Assembly (NCBI RefSeq): GCF_006345805.1
Contig: NC_043004.1
Span: 29,512,001 to 29,576,000 of the forward strand
From: Octopus sinensis
Lineage: Eukaryota
DNA length: 64,000 nt
Direction: 5' to 3'
How positions within the stretch are numbered: position 1 is the first letter of the stretch; every line of letters starts with the position of its first letter. Shown piece after piece: positions 36,795-50,469 of the stretch. The position numbers and the translations under genes were made by a program. The notes beneath the pieces are model-generated. The model searched no databases, was not told the origin of the DNA, and saw only the letters and a program-made list of their open reading frames with translations.

Positions 36795-38607
36795 GGCACA
36801 TATATTCACTAGAATTTAGATTTTCTTATATACCATAAATATTTCAGATATTTCAATAAACAAACCTTTAATCCACGTGGAGACACTGTAAGAGATAACT
36901 TCCTTCAACAATTACCTAAATTTGTTTAAAACAGTCTATTAAGTGTTTGGTTGTGTTCAAGATCCACAAATAGAAACCAGCATCTAGTAAATTGATGGCT
37001 GAATTCAAATTCAATAGGAAAACGAAAATGTCAAGTTAAGCCTACGCTATCTTGGGTAAAAAAAAAAAAAATTTTTAAAAAAAGCTAAAACAAACTGCTG
37101 CCAAATATATTTTATTTAATTAAGACTATTTCAATCACAAAATTATCAAAGAGTCATATTATATACATATATCACTTAAAATGCTAATTCAAACATCAAA
37201 CTTTTAATGCTTTGTTCAGGTGATCATACCATGAATTCAGCACAATCTTGAAAATTACCCATTTTGGTACAGATGTCAAGAAGAGAAAACAGTTATAGAT
37301 TTTATTTCTTAAAATCTTTACAGTATTGTAGTATCAATCTTGTCATTACAATCGACAGCATGCAATAAATAATTTGGCTTCTTATAACCTCAACCGTGGA
37401 CTGCAAATGAAATTACAGACACATTCCATTTTATCCAGGATATCATAATTGGAGAGACACTAATAATTGTGACAGCCACTTCCCATCAGTTACATTGTCA
37501 TTTCTTGATGAAACAGCAATGAAATTGCCGTGATTATTATCTCAGCTAATGAGCTGCAGTTACTGACAGCAGAACATGGCAAGACCGAGCAATTTACCAA
37601 CAAAGCTTATACCAATTCTCTAAACTAATCCCCAGCTTCTAAGTGGAATTCAGAAGCACAGAATATTGTACAGATTTTATGACAGAACAAGAAATTGTCA
37701 AAATTATCAATGTCTGATCTTCCTTATTAAAAATAAGGAGTTAAAACTCAAATGCAAAAGTCACAAACAAAAACAATTTTTCTAAGTTAATGATTTTCTA
37801 AAGGAGAAAAAATACTGCCAACCTCTGAGGTACCATGAAACTGCTTGAAGTTAGATACAACCAGACTATTGAGTTGAACACTTAAATTTATAAACTCCCA
37901 TTTATGATAAAACTGGAGTTTAATATATTTAATGCAACCTATATAGTGAAGTGGCTGTATTATACAGAATTATTGTTCTTAATGATCAGCACCAAGAGAC
38001 AGCCAATAAGAGGAAAGAATTCTATTGTTCTCTTCAAAAATGGAAAGCAACTTTAGATAAATTAGCAAATAATTTTCATCAGATGGCAGAGTAAAAAGTA
38101 CAGAACTCAATTGATGAATAATGTGTATGATGCACTAAAATCTTGCAAAAAAATTAGGCACCTAAGGGGACAGAGAACGCTATTCTAATAACAGATTCTT
38201 GAAAATTAATCTATATCACTTAAAGATAAAAGACTTTAGAACCAGAAGGAAAATAATGTAAAAGTTTAGAAACTAATATCTCAAGTCTAGGATACTTACA
38301 AAGTGATTTAATAACAAACTTTTTAAATATATCTTATGACAAAGCAGGGAAATTGCTCAAAATTTTTAAGGAAATAATGTAAAAGCCAAAGTAAAATTGT
38401 GTCAGTCACAATATGGAGCAGTCAAATTAATAGATTGGGTCATTACATAGAAGTAAGAAAAAAATATGTAATGAAGTGCATAGCAGTTCAAGTAGTTTGT
38501 TAGTTGATTTAATAGCTTTGGAGCAGTTTCAATATATGTAGCTTATTCAAAACAAGTTTTGAACGTTTTTTTCTTTTCTTTTTTCACTTGACTTGAGTAT
38601 AAATCAT

Positions 38608-38796
38608 TCACATGCTGCCCGACTGATTTTGATTTAAATTCAAATCAAGTTTCCGTTGGATGTTATCAAAGCTATCTTGCCCCATATAGTCAATCTCACC
38701 ATGCTCCCATGCCATACGTTTTTCAAATTCATCCATTACTGCTCTCTGTCCGTGACCGCTTAAATCTCCACCAATGATTGGACCAGTAAGAGCAAT
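38608..38796 (-). CDS. GYG1: Glycogenin last coding exon (glycogen-synthase-binding C-terminus)
   Basis: ttttccatttgcag|IALTGP...KRMAWEHGEIDYMGQDSFDNIQRKLD...* matches the GYG motif [22 protein letters not shown]; 189 nt, phase 0. Confidence 0.95.
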   Translation of the reverse strand: MALTGPIIGGDLSGHGQRAVMDEFEKRMAWEHGEIDYMGQDSFDNIQRKLDLNLNQNQSGSM

Positions 38797-39113
38797 CTGC
38801 AAATGGAAAAATTTATTCAAATTAACAAAAGAAAATATTAAACAATAATGTAAGCATATAGAAAAATTTATGAAAAGTAAGCTTTACAGAGAAAAATAGA
38901 AAAACAAAAACAGAAAACTCTTTAGAATTTGAATTATATTCTACAAGCAAAATTTTTTTTTTTTTTTTCTACAATTATCTTTGAATAGTAAAACCAAATT
39001 TCAATATATGAATAATTTCAAATTAACATGTTCTATTAAATTAAATTTATATAGTATGTCAAATATTTAAGGATTCTAATATTACTAAACAAAAATCCAA
39101 CATTGAAACTTAC

Positions 39114-39182
39114 CCTAGAAAGTGGGGGAGGAGAAGGAGAAGTAGGAAGAAAAGAGGGAGAGGCAGTTGACAAATTAAACTC
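39114..39182 (-). CDS. GYG1: Candidate 69-nt in-frame glycogenin linker exon (EFNLSTASPSFLPTSPSPPPLSR)
   Basis: Pyrimidine-rich acceptor ...tttcaag|GAG, donor AGG|GTAAGT, phase 0/0 matching both flanking exons, no stop; no homology support. Confidence 0.55.
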
Positions 39183-41558
39183 CTTGAAAGCATTTCAAAA
39201 AAGGAAAAAATGCAAATGTAAATTAAAAGAATAGAACTTGTGCATAAGAGAATCCTGCCCCAGAGTAATCAATGCATTGAAGTATACAGAAAGGTATAAA
39301 ACTATAACAAAATGTAAAGATATTCACAACAATTCACAACTTTATTTCATACAAATTATTCACTTTGATTATATTGAACACTCAGTTAACTAGTGCAGAT
39401 TAGTGAAACAAGAAACGATTAATGATTCGGTATATCCAATGAAATACAGAAAATATATTAATATGTTACAAATCATATATATATATATATATATAGAAAA
39501 TAATCAAAAACCATTTCATTAATTCTCTAATATCACTAAATTCCACCTTTTTCATGTTAGTATTTGCAATGTATTTAAACCCATAAAACAGGTTCACTTA
39601 CGGAGGTACAGATTATGTAGCTTATATCAATTACAGCATTGATTTCTTTTTTTTTTTTAGTAAACAAAAGACTTCATTGAGCCTAAATATATTTAATAAC
39701 ATTCCACTATATTTTAAAACTACAATAAAAGTTGTGAATTATTAAAACTTAGCATTCCTTTTCATCAATGAAAACAGAATTTAGATAGAATGTTCATAAG
39801 GAAAAGTGTAATAGTTGATTAAATGATTGCCCATACTACATAACTGAAGGGAGAGCTCACTTATCAAAGATCAAATTTGACTTTTCATCATCTATATATA
39901 TAGTTACAGGATTAGAGTTTCATTTTACAGTATCATCATATTCTTCAAGTGATCAAAAAAGCGGAAACATTCAAATAAACAATTGAGAAATAAAATCTTA
40001 GCAAAGAAGAAAAAAAATTGAATAAAATGCAAAATGAAATTTATGGAAATAGATTGAATTTTAGTTTATAAATTCCAAAATGATAATTTTACACTGAATT
40101 TGTGGTAAAATAAAAGTTACAAAAATACAATTAAACATTTTTTTTTTTATTTGTAAATGGTAAACCAAACTATATCGCATTTTGACTTTGCTTATAAAAA
40201 AGAGTAGAACTGGTTTTTAAAACATTTTATTTTAAGAAATATTAAAGCAACTTTTGTATCAAATTCATTTTTCTTTACACTGATATTTCAAAATTTCAAA
40301 AACTAAAACTCGTTTATATATGAAAAATAAACACTAAAAAGGGTAAATAGAGAAAGATAAAAAAATAGTTGGCACCTAATTTTGTTTAGTTACAAATGTT
40401 TCTTGTTTTTTTTTTTGTTTTTTTTTTTTAAAGAGGGGTCCAGTTTATTTTATATCAAGAAAATGTTAATGACTCAGTAAAAGAATCATTTGAAAGCAGC
40501 CTTCTTATAAATTTGATAATAGTAAATTCACATAACTTTCTGGGGTTGCATGTTTAGAAACAGAACAGGGAGATAACTAGGTGGATAACTAACAATGCTA
40601 TACTAAATTCTTGCCTTAATAAGCTTAGTTAATTTTTATGTAGATTTCACACAAGTTCAAAGAATATCCAAATTGTTCTGCAATCAATAATCAACAACTC
40701 AGCCCAGAATCGAAAGTTTGTAACAACTGTATCACACACTAAGCAAAGTAATTTGATTGAAACAACAACCATGTTAACTAAATTCAAAATTTGCTTTAGA
40801 ATTAAATGGAAGGTTCCACCTAGTTCAGAAAAGTTAATATTAATTAGCAGTACACTAGCTGTTTTTACTATTTTCAGTACTTATCTAGTAACAGAGGGAT
40901 GACAGAATAGGTAGGATGTGGTACAAACTACTTTATGGTAGTTGATTTACAATCCTTCACATTCTGAGATTATACTATCCTGACCACTTTGCTATTTATA
41001 AAATAAGTACTAGTTAATAAAAGTACTATGACCAATGTTGGTGACTATACTCTAAAAGTCAGCCAGTTGTATCTCATGTACCAATTAAGACTTGTGTTAA
41101 TTATTTTCCAAATTTACCAGAAAATTAATATGTATCCAGATTAATCTAACCACTTCCTACAAACCATTTAATACAAATTTTTGTCAAGACAAGATATCTA
41201 AAATTGCTCAAGTGTTAAAAGCACAAGAAACATTTGTAACAAACTATGATTGTATGAAACCATACCAAATTAGCACTAATACAATGAATAATAATTTTTT
41301 TTTTAAAAGCTTTAAGCGAAAGTGAATGTAGCAGCAATAATACAATTATATATATACAAATACACTAATAAAGAAAAGGACTATTGACTACCAATTATAG
41401 AAAGAAAATAGGTAACTAATTAGATAATATAGGGATTAATTTGTCCTCAAAATAATTACATACCTTTAATTCTTCTGATTTCTTTAAAATGTAACAATTA
41501 CAAAAATAAAATAAAAAAAGAAATTCAAATGAGATGAGTTTTTAGTTGCTATTTTTAA

Positions 41559-42954
41559 CCCTTTCGTTACCAAACCGCCCAAAGCCACCCAAAAAAAGTT
41601 TTGGTTCATGTGACCAAGCCACCCAAAACCGCCCGTAATTACCTATTCATATTTAAATGAGAATATCAGAGCAAATCTCGTTAGTACATTCGTGAAAACA
41701 CGTGATTATACTTCGTAAACAGTTCATCTACAGTTTTGTACAACGATCGACGTGTAATTTTAATTCCCTGAATTTTGGGAGATTTTTTTCCACATTTTTT
41801 CGGCATCGATTTTTCTTCAACTTTGAAAATGGATAGGAGTTTCATGTTATCAAGCATTGATTCCGAATTTAAAGCTTTTTCAACAGAAAGCACGTGGTGT
41901 ACAAAATAATGAATAGGATATTTTTTTTATCCGAAACCGAAAGCAGCGATTCCGAAGAAACAAATCGGCGATGGTGACAGCAAAGACGATTTTACATCGG
42001 AATGAAGTAAAAAACTTTAAAATGTTTTTATTAGCAATTTTTCTGAGGAGATAGTTTATCTATATTCTTTCTTAGGAAGCGAAACCATTAGACTATGTTT
42101 TTCAGTATGCTTGTTTGGAGCGATCACTGTGGAAGCAAACTGTTTCGCAGAATGTAAACAAACACAAAATGAGGGATCAAAGTTCGGAAAATTTGTGAAG
42201 CAAATACTGGGTACTGTTGTGGATTTAGTTTTTATACAGGGAAACTAATGTTAGTCAGCATGGCTTAGGGTACGATGTGGTCTGGAAGCTATTGTTTGAA
42301 GCGATCAATGCAGAAACAAATTTACGCAGATTGTAAACAAACACAAAATGGGGGATCGAATTTCGGAAAATTTGTGAAGTAAATACTGGGTACTGCGTGG
42401 ATTTAGTTTTTATACAGGGAAAATAATGTTAGTCAGCATGGCCTAGGGAACGATGTGGTCTGGAATTTATCACTTCCATACCATAACCAGGGCCGTATAT
42501 TATTTTTTGACCGATTTCTTTAGTTCAGTCAAACTTGCGGTGGATTCCAGTATTTCACTTTATTCCACCTTTATGGTACACCTGTTGTGCATTAAATTCA
42601 ACTGATGATCTAGTGATGTGCACAATTCTTTATCAAAATTTTGTTGCATACCCATTTGAATATTAGCTGATGATTCATTTTCTATGATGATGTTTAAACA
42701 AAATTTTAATATTTTTACCTTTTGCTCAATTTACCTGAATTTACCTGTAATTAAAGTCACTTTGAGGCAAAAGTTATGCAATAGAATTGATTAAGAACCC
42801 TTTCTTTAATTATGTTCCAAATATCACATTAATATGTTGATAAGTAAAAAAGTTACAGTTATTTAATGAAACAAGCCTAAATTCATGATTATTTTAGAAT
42901 TTAATTGAAACTCATGAGGGGTGTATTTTGGTCAGAAATATAGTAACGAAAGGG
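41559..42954 (+). mobile_element. Non-autonomous piggyBac element (1396 bp) with TTAA TSD
   Basis: TTAA|CCCTTTCGTTAC ... GTAACGAAAGGG|TTAA; remnant ICEANTGY..GFSFYTG..HGLGYDVVWKL resembles PGBD transposase. Confidence 0.9.
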
Positions 42955-43084
42955 TTAAAGCAAAAATAATCAGCCAAATTTAACATGTAAATAAATCATT
43001 CCATTATTAAAGACAATGTTAGTTTTGTCAAACAAAATTCAGACATATTAGCATAAAACATTTCAAAAAAACATGAGAATGCAG

Positions 43085-44420
43085 ACAAAGCCATTGACAG
43101 GGTCCCCCGCACCTTTATCTGGAGGGCAATATAGAAGCCAGTGATAAATGAGCTGCTGGTGGAAGTTGTACAAGCTATATTCAGGGATGTTGTTAGTAAG
43201 GGGAAAGTTTAGTCTACAGGTAGTTCACCAAGGATTGGCTCTCTGCCCCCTCTCGTTCATCAATCCTCAAGGCCATAACAGAGGAATTTAAGACTTGGTG
43301 GCCCTTGGGAGCTCTTCTATGCTGATGACTGTTCTTATAGCTGATTCACAACCAGAACTAGATGAAATTTCAGGTGTGGAAGCAAGGTCTGGAAGCAAAA
43401 GGCTTTATAGTTAATTTAACAAAGACCAAAGTCCTTGTAAGTAGGAAAACAGACAAACCACAAATCCCTTCAGGGAGATGGCCCTGCTCGATATGTATAA
43501 AAGGTGTAAGTAGAAACTCCATAAGGTTTACCCAGTGCAAGCTGTGAACACACAAGAGGTGCAGCAATAAGGTTAACAGAGAACATAGCCTTTGTGTATG
43601 GCAGATACACAGGTACAATAAACACTGAGAATGTTCAGAAAATAAGCCATCAAATGCTCTGGGGGGTTTCTTAGAAGTAATAAATAGCTTCTGTTACTTC
43701 AGTGGATGCCTGAGAGCTGATAGAATAGAAACAGACTGGGAAAAATTCAGAGTTTCTACCTTTGTTGATAACAAAAGGCTTCTCTCTCAGAGTGAAAGAC
43801 AGATTGTATGATGCCTGTGATGAACAGCCATGCTAAATGACAATGAAACACGGGCTGTGACTGCAGAGGACAAGCAAAGGCTTGAACGAAATGAAACCAC
43901 CATGCTCTGCTGGATGTGCTATGCCAGTGAGTATGTGCAACAGAGTGAAAGAGTTTTAAGAGAAAGATTGGGTATAAGAAGCATCAGGATGTAGTGTGCA
44001 AGAGAGAATATTGTGCTGGTATGGTCATGTGATGCATATGAATGAGAACAGCTGCATAAATAGTACCAATCTCTAATTGTGGAGGGAAACTTTGGAAAGG
44101 GTAGACAACATGGGACAAGGTGGTGAAATATGATCTTTGGTTGAGCCTCACAGTGGCAATAAAAAGTGATCGAGACTTCTGGCAATTTGCGGTGCCTGAG
44201 AAGACACATCAAGCTAAATGAATCATAGTCATTGTCAATGCTGGTGACACATGAAAAACACCCAGAGCACTCTGTGAAGTGGTTGGCATTAGGAAGGACA
44301 TCCAGCAGTAGAGACCAAGCAAAACAGACAACTGGAGCCTGGTGTAGCGCTCTGGCTTACCAGTTCCAGTAAAACCATCTAACCCATAACTGCATGGAAA
44401 ATGGTTGTATGATGATGAAC
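43085..44420 (+). mobile_element. Decayed RTE-clade LINE fragment with tail
   Basis: KAIDRVP, QGLALCPLSF, ELFYADD, KFQVWKQGLEAKG..VNLTKTKV; homologous to 48007-48610. Confidence 0.8.
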
Positions 44421-45441
44421 TGGGTGAGATTAAAACATTTACAAAAATATTCCATTTTAAACTAATCAATAAAAATTAATTAAAAACTACCTTAATTCCT
44501 TCCACTAACTCTAGTAATAAATTGTATCCAAACTAGCAGAATCAGTTTTCCTGCCATAATCAAACTAAACATGAAGAACAAGATATTTTTTCATCTAAAT
44601 TCTAACAGTTTTTCCATTAAAAATACTAATTAATCTGTAACTAATTTCAGAACCTCTAGATCTTTAAACTTCAAAACTGACATTGGATGATAGTTATAAA
44701 TTGAGTGTTACCATCATACAACCAGTGTCATCATTTCCAGTAGTCTGCCAAAAATACCTGGGAAATATTATTTTGCTTGGAAACAGTTGAGGGTTGATGA
44801 CAGGAAAGGCATCCGCCAAAGAAAATCAGCTTCAATAAACTCCATCTAAGCCATGCAGCTTGGAAAAGTGGTTGTTAAAATGATGATGGTTATGATGGAA
44901 ATATTTCTCCAGTATTTTTGAAGAAAGATTTTTTTTTAATCAAACAAAAAAATCTTTTGTGAATGATACAATTGTTGATCTGTTACATTTTTTTCAAATA
45001 AAATGTTCATCAACAACTAAATTGTCTTTTAATTAATAACAAATTTAAACCAGTTTTCTTATTCCTTGCTTAAACCTAACTATTGAAATAAGCTGGGACT
45101 GCTTATGTGTATATTAACAGCTATCACTGCAACAAAGTGATTGTTTTAAGACTCAAACCAGTTGATCTACTTTCTAAATCCCTCCCCATACAACTATAAA
45201 TCTAAGGGAAGACCTTACAACAGATACTAGTAATGACTGTGACTGCAATATCTTCAAACTTTCATTTTAAAAAATTAGATGATAAAACTCAACAAGTTAT
45301 AGTTATATTTTCAATGCCAAGTTATAAAGTTACTTATAAAATACAAAACATGTTGAAGTGCAATAAACTGTTTTCATGCAAGGTAACTGGTTTTAGTTAA
45401 ATCCCATAAAGAAGCTTAAACATAATAAAAAGTCTACATAC

Positions 45442-45619
45442 CCCGTGATCGATTACAGGATAAACAGACTCCATGTAAATGTTCCACCATCGCTGGAGGA
45501 AATCTGGATCATGACCAGAATTAGGCAGTGGGGTTACTTTCTTTGTTTTAGCATTGTAACAGTGTTGCCAAGGTTTGATAGCACCAAGAAAATGTACAAT
45601 CTTTACGTTTTGCTTGAAC
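45442..45619 (-). CDS. GYG1: Glycogenin exon (HFLG..KPW motif)
   Basis: cag|G FKQNVKIVHFLGAIKPWQH...DFLQRWWNIYMESVYPVIDHG|gtatgt; 178 nt, phase 2 to 0. Confidence 0.95.
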
Positions 45620-46080
45620 CTGTGTATGAAAAGTATATTTATTGGTAATTTTTCCAAAAGTGAAACATGAATAAAAATGGCCAGAATTCATAGAGAGCTT
45701 CATGAGAAGAAAAAAAAAGATTTGCAGTCACAAAATAAAAGCATACATAGGAAATAAATTTAAAACCACACACAAAAATCTTTTACATCAAATTCAAAAC
45801 ATCGCTACCAAAGCCCAAAATTCAGTTACATATATTCTACACATTTGAATAGGATAAAATTTTAACAAATCAGTTGATTCTGGTTATTATAGACGTAACT
45901 AAGTAATATTATACTAGCATTTCACAGAATTAATGATAAACTTTTGGGTTATTTTTGAAAACTTTATCCAAAAAACCTGAAAGTGTAGCCTGTATTGTGT
46001 CAGTATCAAAAATTAGTCACTCATCTGCTAATCATTGAAAAGTTAAAGAAATCGGAATACGATGATTACTTATTGCACTA

Positions 46081-46124
<44 letters not shown>

Positions 46125-46240
46125 TTTATATATTTTATACACAATTTTATAGACTTAATACACAGCACTCATAAAATAAATACTCTTATTTTTCCATTTT
46201 CCCCATAAGTAAAAAAAAAAAAGAAATATTTCATACAATA

Positions 46241-46590
46241 GGCGTAGGAGTGGGTGAGTGGTAAGTAGATTGCTTACCAACCACATGGTTCCGGGTTCAG
46301 TCCCACTGCATAGCACCTTGGGCAAGTGTCTTCTATAGCCTCGGGCTGACCAAAGCCTCGTGAGTGGAATCCCGTCGTATATATATTTATGTGTGTGTGT
46401 GTGTGTGTCCCAACATTGCTTGACAACCAATGCTGGTATGTTTACGTCCCCGTAACTTATCGGTTCCACAAAAGAGACCGATAGAGTGAGTACTAAGCTT
46501 ACAAAGAATAAGTCCTGGGGTCGATTTGCTTGACTAAAGGTGGTGCTCGAGCATGGCCACAGTCAAATGACTGAAACAAGTAAAAGAGTA
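46241..46590 (+). mobile_element. Near full-length SINE family B
   Basis: Head ggcgtaggagtggg, tail ...caaatgactgaaacaagtaaaagagta. Confidence 0.85.
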
Positions 46591-47448
46591 ATATGATACA
46601 ACCGTTAGTTAAATTGCATATATCTGCCACTTAAATAAGAATGAATATTTCACGGAATTGCACTCATATGCATGTGTTAAGTGACAGGTGATATAAAAAA
46701 ACTGTTCAATTAAAAAATACAATTTTCAATATCCAATCACTACCACCACCATCATCATCTCTCTCCTCCCTCTTTGCCTTTCTTTAACCTCACCATCAGA
46801 ACATCACCCCTCTGCTACAATTATATTTTTAACTCTCCTCCTCTACTTTAAACTAACTTTTTTAACCACATAATAAATATTACGTCCCCCCTACCTCACA
46901 TCATGGATGCTTCCTTCTCCCCCTTTTTCTGTCACATTCTTCACATCCTTTTTCTCCTTTCTTTCCCTTCATCTAATCATGCGAAAGCATTACAATTACA
47001 TTCCCTCTATCTCGCATCAAGGACGTTTCTCTCCCTCTTTTTCGCTCTCCCCCTTTTTCTCTATTCACATGAAAGCATTACCAACAGGCTAAGTAACGCA
47101 ATGGCAAGCAAAATTATAATACATTTCTGTAAACAGCAGCCAGACTGGACCAGTTTAAATGCATAAAGCAGCTTGTTTTTTACCCTCCCAAAATGTACCA
47201 AGTAAGTTATTTCATCTAAAACCATTCAGTGTTTGATGAATAACTCATTTCACGCATAAAACAAATTCAAAAGTTATGCAGTATTGCAACAGTTTTGAAA
47301 ATTCATGCTTTCAAAACTCTTAACATCTAAATTAAATTTATTGGAGACTTGAATGTAAACCAATTATATTTCATGAAGAAAATGAGAGAATTTCATAAAG
47401 AAATACATAAGCTAACTAAATTATTAATGTTGAAGAAATATAACTTAC

Positions 47449-47575
47449 TGCTTAAATGCTGGTAAGTAACTGTAAAATGCTTGAGAAACAACATTATAAA
47501 CAAATGGCAGATGCTTCTTAATATCTTTTGTAGCCCAATCCTTAAAGTATAAATTCAATAATCCTTGGTCACCAC
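47449..47575 (-). CDS. GYG1: Glycogenin exon containing the autoglucosylated Tyr equivalent
   Basis: ttag|[45 protein letters not shown]|gtaagt; 127 nt, phase 1 to 2; YSYLPAF matches the human Tyr195 context. Confidence 0.96.
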
Positions 47576-48006
47576 CTAAAGAGAAAATTATAAAATATTA
47601 AATGGGATGAAAAGAAATATCAGCAAAGTATTTGATTTTAAGCAAAATTAAAATAAAATAAAAACTCACTTCAGATTTCAAAACATTAACTGACAAAAGA
47701 TATACTTTTATCAACTCATTTATTCCAAATGAGTATATGAAGTTACCTTTTTACATACCAATCTTTTTACAATTTAGATTCTCTAAAAAGAAATGGTGGG
47801 AAAAGCAATTCTAGTAATGCTAATAAATGGTTGAATTAAACAGTATTGATTCAATGCACTCATGTAAAATGTATTTTGAAAAGATTTAATAGGTTTTTTT
47901 TCCCTAAAAACAAATATCCTAACTAAAATCAAGTTTTACTACTTCTAAATATCAAAATAGAAAAGAAAAATAGACACTGACTCAAGAATTTCATAAATTA
48001 TTTATT

Positions 48007-49082
48007 TTGAGTTTTGATAGCTTCCGTTACCTAGGCGACCAAGTCAGTAGCGGGGGTGGGTGTGCTGAAAGTGTAACTGCTAGAGTAAGAATAGCCTGGG
48101 AAAAGTTCAGAGTGCTCTTACCTCTGCTGGTAACAAAAGCCTCTCGCTCAGAACAAAAGGCAGACTGTATGACGCATGTGTACGAACAGCCATGCTACAT
48201 GGCAGTGAAACATGGGCCGTGACTGCTGAGGATATGCGTAAGCTCGCAAGAAATGAAGCCAGTATGCTCCGATGGATGTGTAATGTCAGTGTTCATACTC
48301 TGTTGTGTATGCACACTGACAGAGTGTAAGTACCTTGAGGGAAAAGTTAGACCTAAGAAGCATCAGTTGTGGTGTGCAAGAGAGACGTTTGCGCTGGTAT
48401 GGTCATGTAGCGAGAATGAATGAAGATAGTTGTGTGAAAAAGTGCCACACCCTCGCGGTTGAGGGAACCTGTGGAAGAGGTAGACCCAGGAAGACCTGGG
48501 ACGAGGTGGTGAAGAACGACCTTCGAACTTTAGGCCTCACTGAGGAAATGACCAGAGACCAAGACCTTTGGAAGTATGCTGTGCGTGGGAAGACCCGGCA
48601 GGACAAGTGAGACCATAACCCGTGGCCTCTACCTGGGACGTAACCAGCCCACTTATGCATACCGTTCCTTCTTGTGACAAACCCTACTTGTGAAGACCTG
48701 TTGAGGCAAGTGAAAATCAAAATCGAAATCTTTCAACATCAATGGAAATTGTAGCTGAGATACCAGTGCCGATGGCACGTAAGAGAACTGTCCGAACGTG
48801 GCCGTTGCCAGCACCGCCCCAACTGGCCTCCGTGCCGGTGGCACGTAAAAAGCACCATCCGATCGTGGTCGTTTGCCAGCCTCGCCTGGCACCTGTGCAG
48901 GTGGCACATAAAAAGCACCCACTACACTCTCGGAGTGGTTGGCGTTAGGAAGGGCATCCAGCTGTAGAAATACTGCCAGATCAGACTGGGCCTGGCGCAG
49001 CCTTCTGGCTTCCCAGACCCCAGTTGAACCGTCCAACCCATGCTAGCATGGAAAGCGGACGTTAAACGATGATGATGATGAT
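48007..49082 (+). mobile_element. RTE-clade LINE 3' end with full tail ending in (GAT)n
   Basis: SFRYLGDQVSSGGGC..VTARVRIAWEKFR, QERRLRWYGHVARM, GRGRPRKTWDEVV; tail has three ggcac(g/a)taa repeats. Confidence 0.9.
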
Positions 49083-50145
49083 ATGACATACCAGTCTGAG
49101 GATGTCAACACACAGAGCCTGCAAATTATGTAAACCATTGCTTTCACCAAATCTATGGAAAAAGTTGAGCCTCACACTATATTGAAACCCATCTCGTCAC
49201 TGCCTTTTCTACTGCTTACTACAGAAAACCTTTCAGTCCCGACTGCTTTCACACGACCTCAACTTATCACTTTAAATGTCCACTTTTCCATGCTTGCATT
49301 GGAATTCATTGAAGATTTTCTAGAGCCAGATAGCCTCCCTGCTGCCAACTTTCAACTGTTTCAAAGTAAAGTAATATTTCCCCATGGCCCGATGTTTTTC
49401 ACTGATGATGGAAGCAAACATCACTTGCACATTTACATCCATCATTTGAAGTTAATAAAAAGGTACTCATACACGAAGACATATACACACAGTTTCCATT
49501 TACCAAATCCTCTCACAAAGCTTTGGTTGATCCAGTGTTACATTAGAAGACATTTGCCCAAGGTGTTGCGCAGTGGGACTAAAACAAAAACCACATGGTC
49601 GGGAAACAAGCTTTTCAACCACATAAACACGATTGCACTGAGACACACAGCTTCTACCAACCAGTTTCGCCAGGTATTGGTGAAGTGATAGCTACATCAT
49701 AAAACATTAGCCAACATGATTCACAGAGTAGGACTGCAAGGCATGTTAGTCCTGCATCTCATCTCGCTTATAGTGTCAACCTCCACCCAAACCACTTTTC
49801 CCAACCCTTCCCTGTTAAGTCAGTCCACAGGATTCCCTCCTCCCGGCCCATGTTTTTCTTGCAGCTGCCAACTTACAACTGCTCAACAGAAAATTGAGTC
49901 ACATTAATATCACCAAATTCTGAGGGCCTACAAAAACTATGAGCACAGTCCCTTTGTCCAGACCAAACCAATGTAAAAATAAACCATTAGATATAGTGCC
50001 CACAGCCAAGAAAAGTGAGCCCTTGTTAGTGATATACCATAGTAAAAAGATTTCCTCAAACAAACATGAAGCAATATTTCCAGCAGCTATTTAGAGAAAA
50101 AAATCAAATGCAACAGAGATAATCCCAGAGAAAAGGTTTATTTAC

Positions 50146-50308
50146 CATCAAACGAGCCTTCGGTCTTAGCAAACTGGATCAATGACTTATATGTTTCTTC
50201 ATTTGGTTGCATTACAAAAACACCCGAATTGAAGCAATCAGGCCATCCTGGATCAGGAGCAGCAGAAAGTTCCTCCTTTTCAAAAAGCTCATCCACACAA
50301 TCAAGAAC
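50146..50308 (-). CDS. GYG1: Glycogenin exon
   Basis: cag|[35 protein letters not shown]...EGSFD G|gtaaat; 163 nt, phase 0 to 1. Confidence 0.97.
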
Positions 50309-50469
50309 CTGTAAGAGAAATTTGAGTTTGATACACCAGTTAGAAGGAAACAAAACTACCAAAACAGAGAGGATATATATATAAAAAAAGGGAAATATCT
50401 AGTCATTAAATGCATTCCAACAATTCATATTTAAATCTGCAGCACCATAAAAGATATCATAAAGGATAT

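Noticed and set aside
39598-39645. Second candidate cassette exon ending in CTCC|GTAAGT
   Set aside because: The acceptor is preceded by poly-A rather than pyrimidines, and the lengths (44 or 19 nt) break the frame
42602-42680. Two CTGATGA motifs in the piggyBac element
   Set aside because: No downstream GAAA or stems
49155-49688. 177-aa ORF
   Set aside because: Chimeric: the 3' part translates an antisense SINE family B copy, with no protein motif
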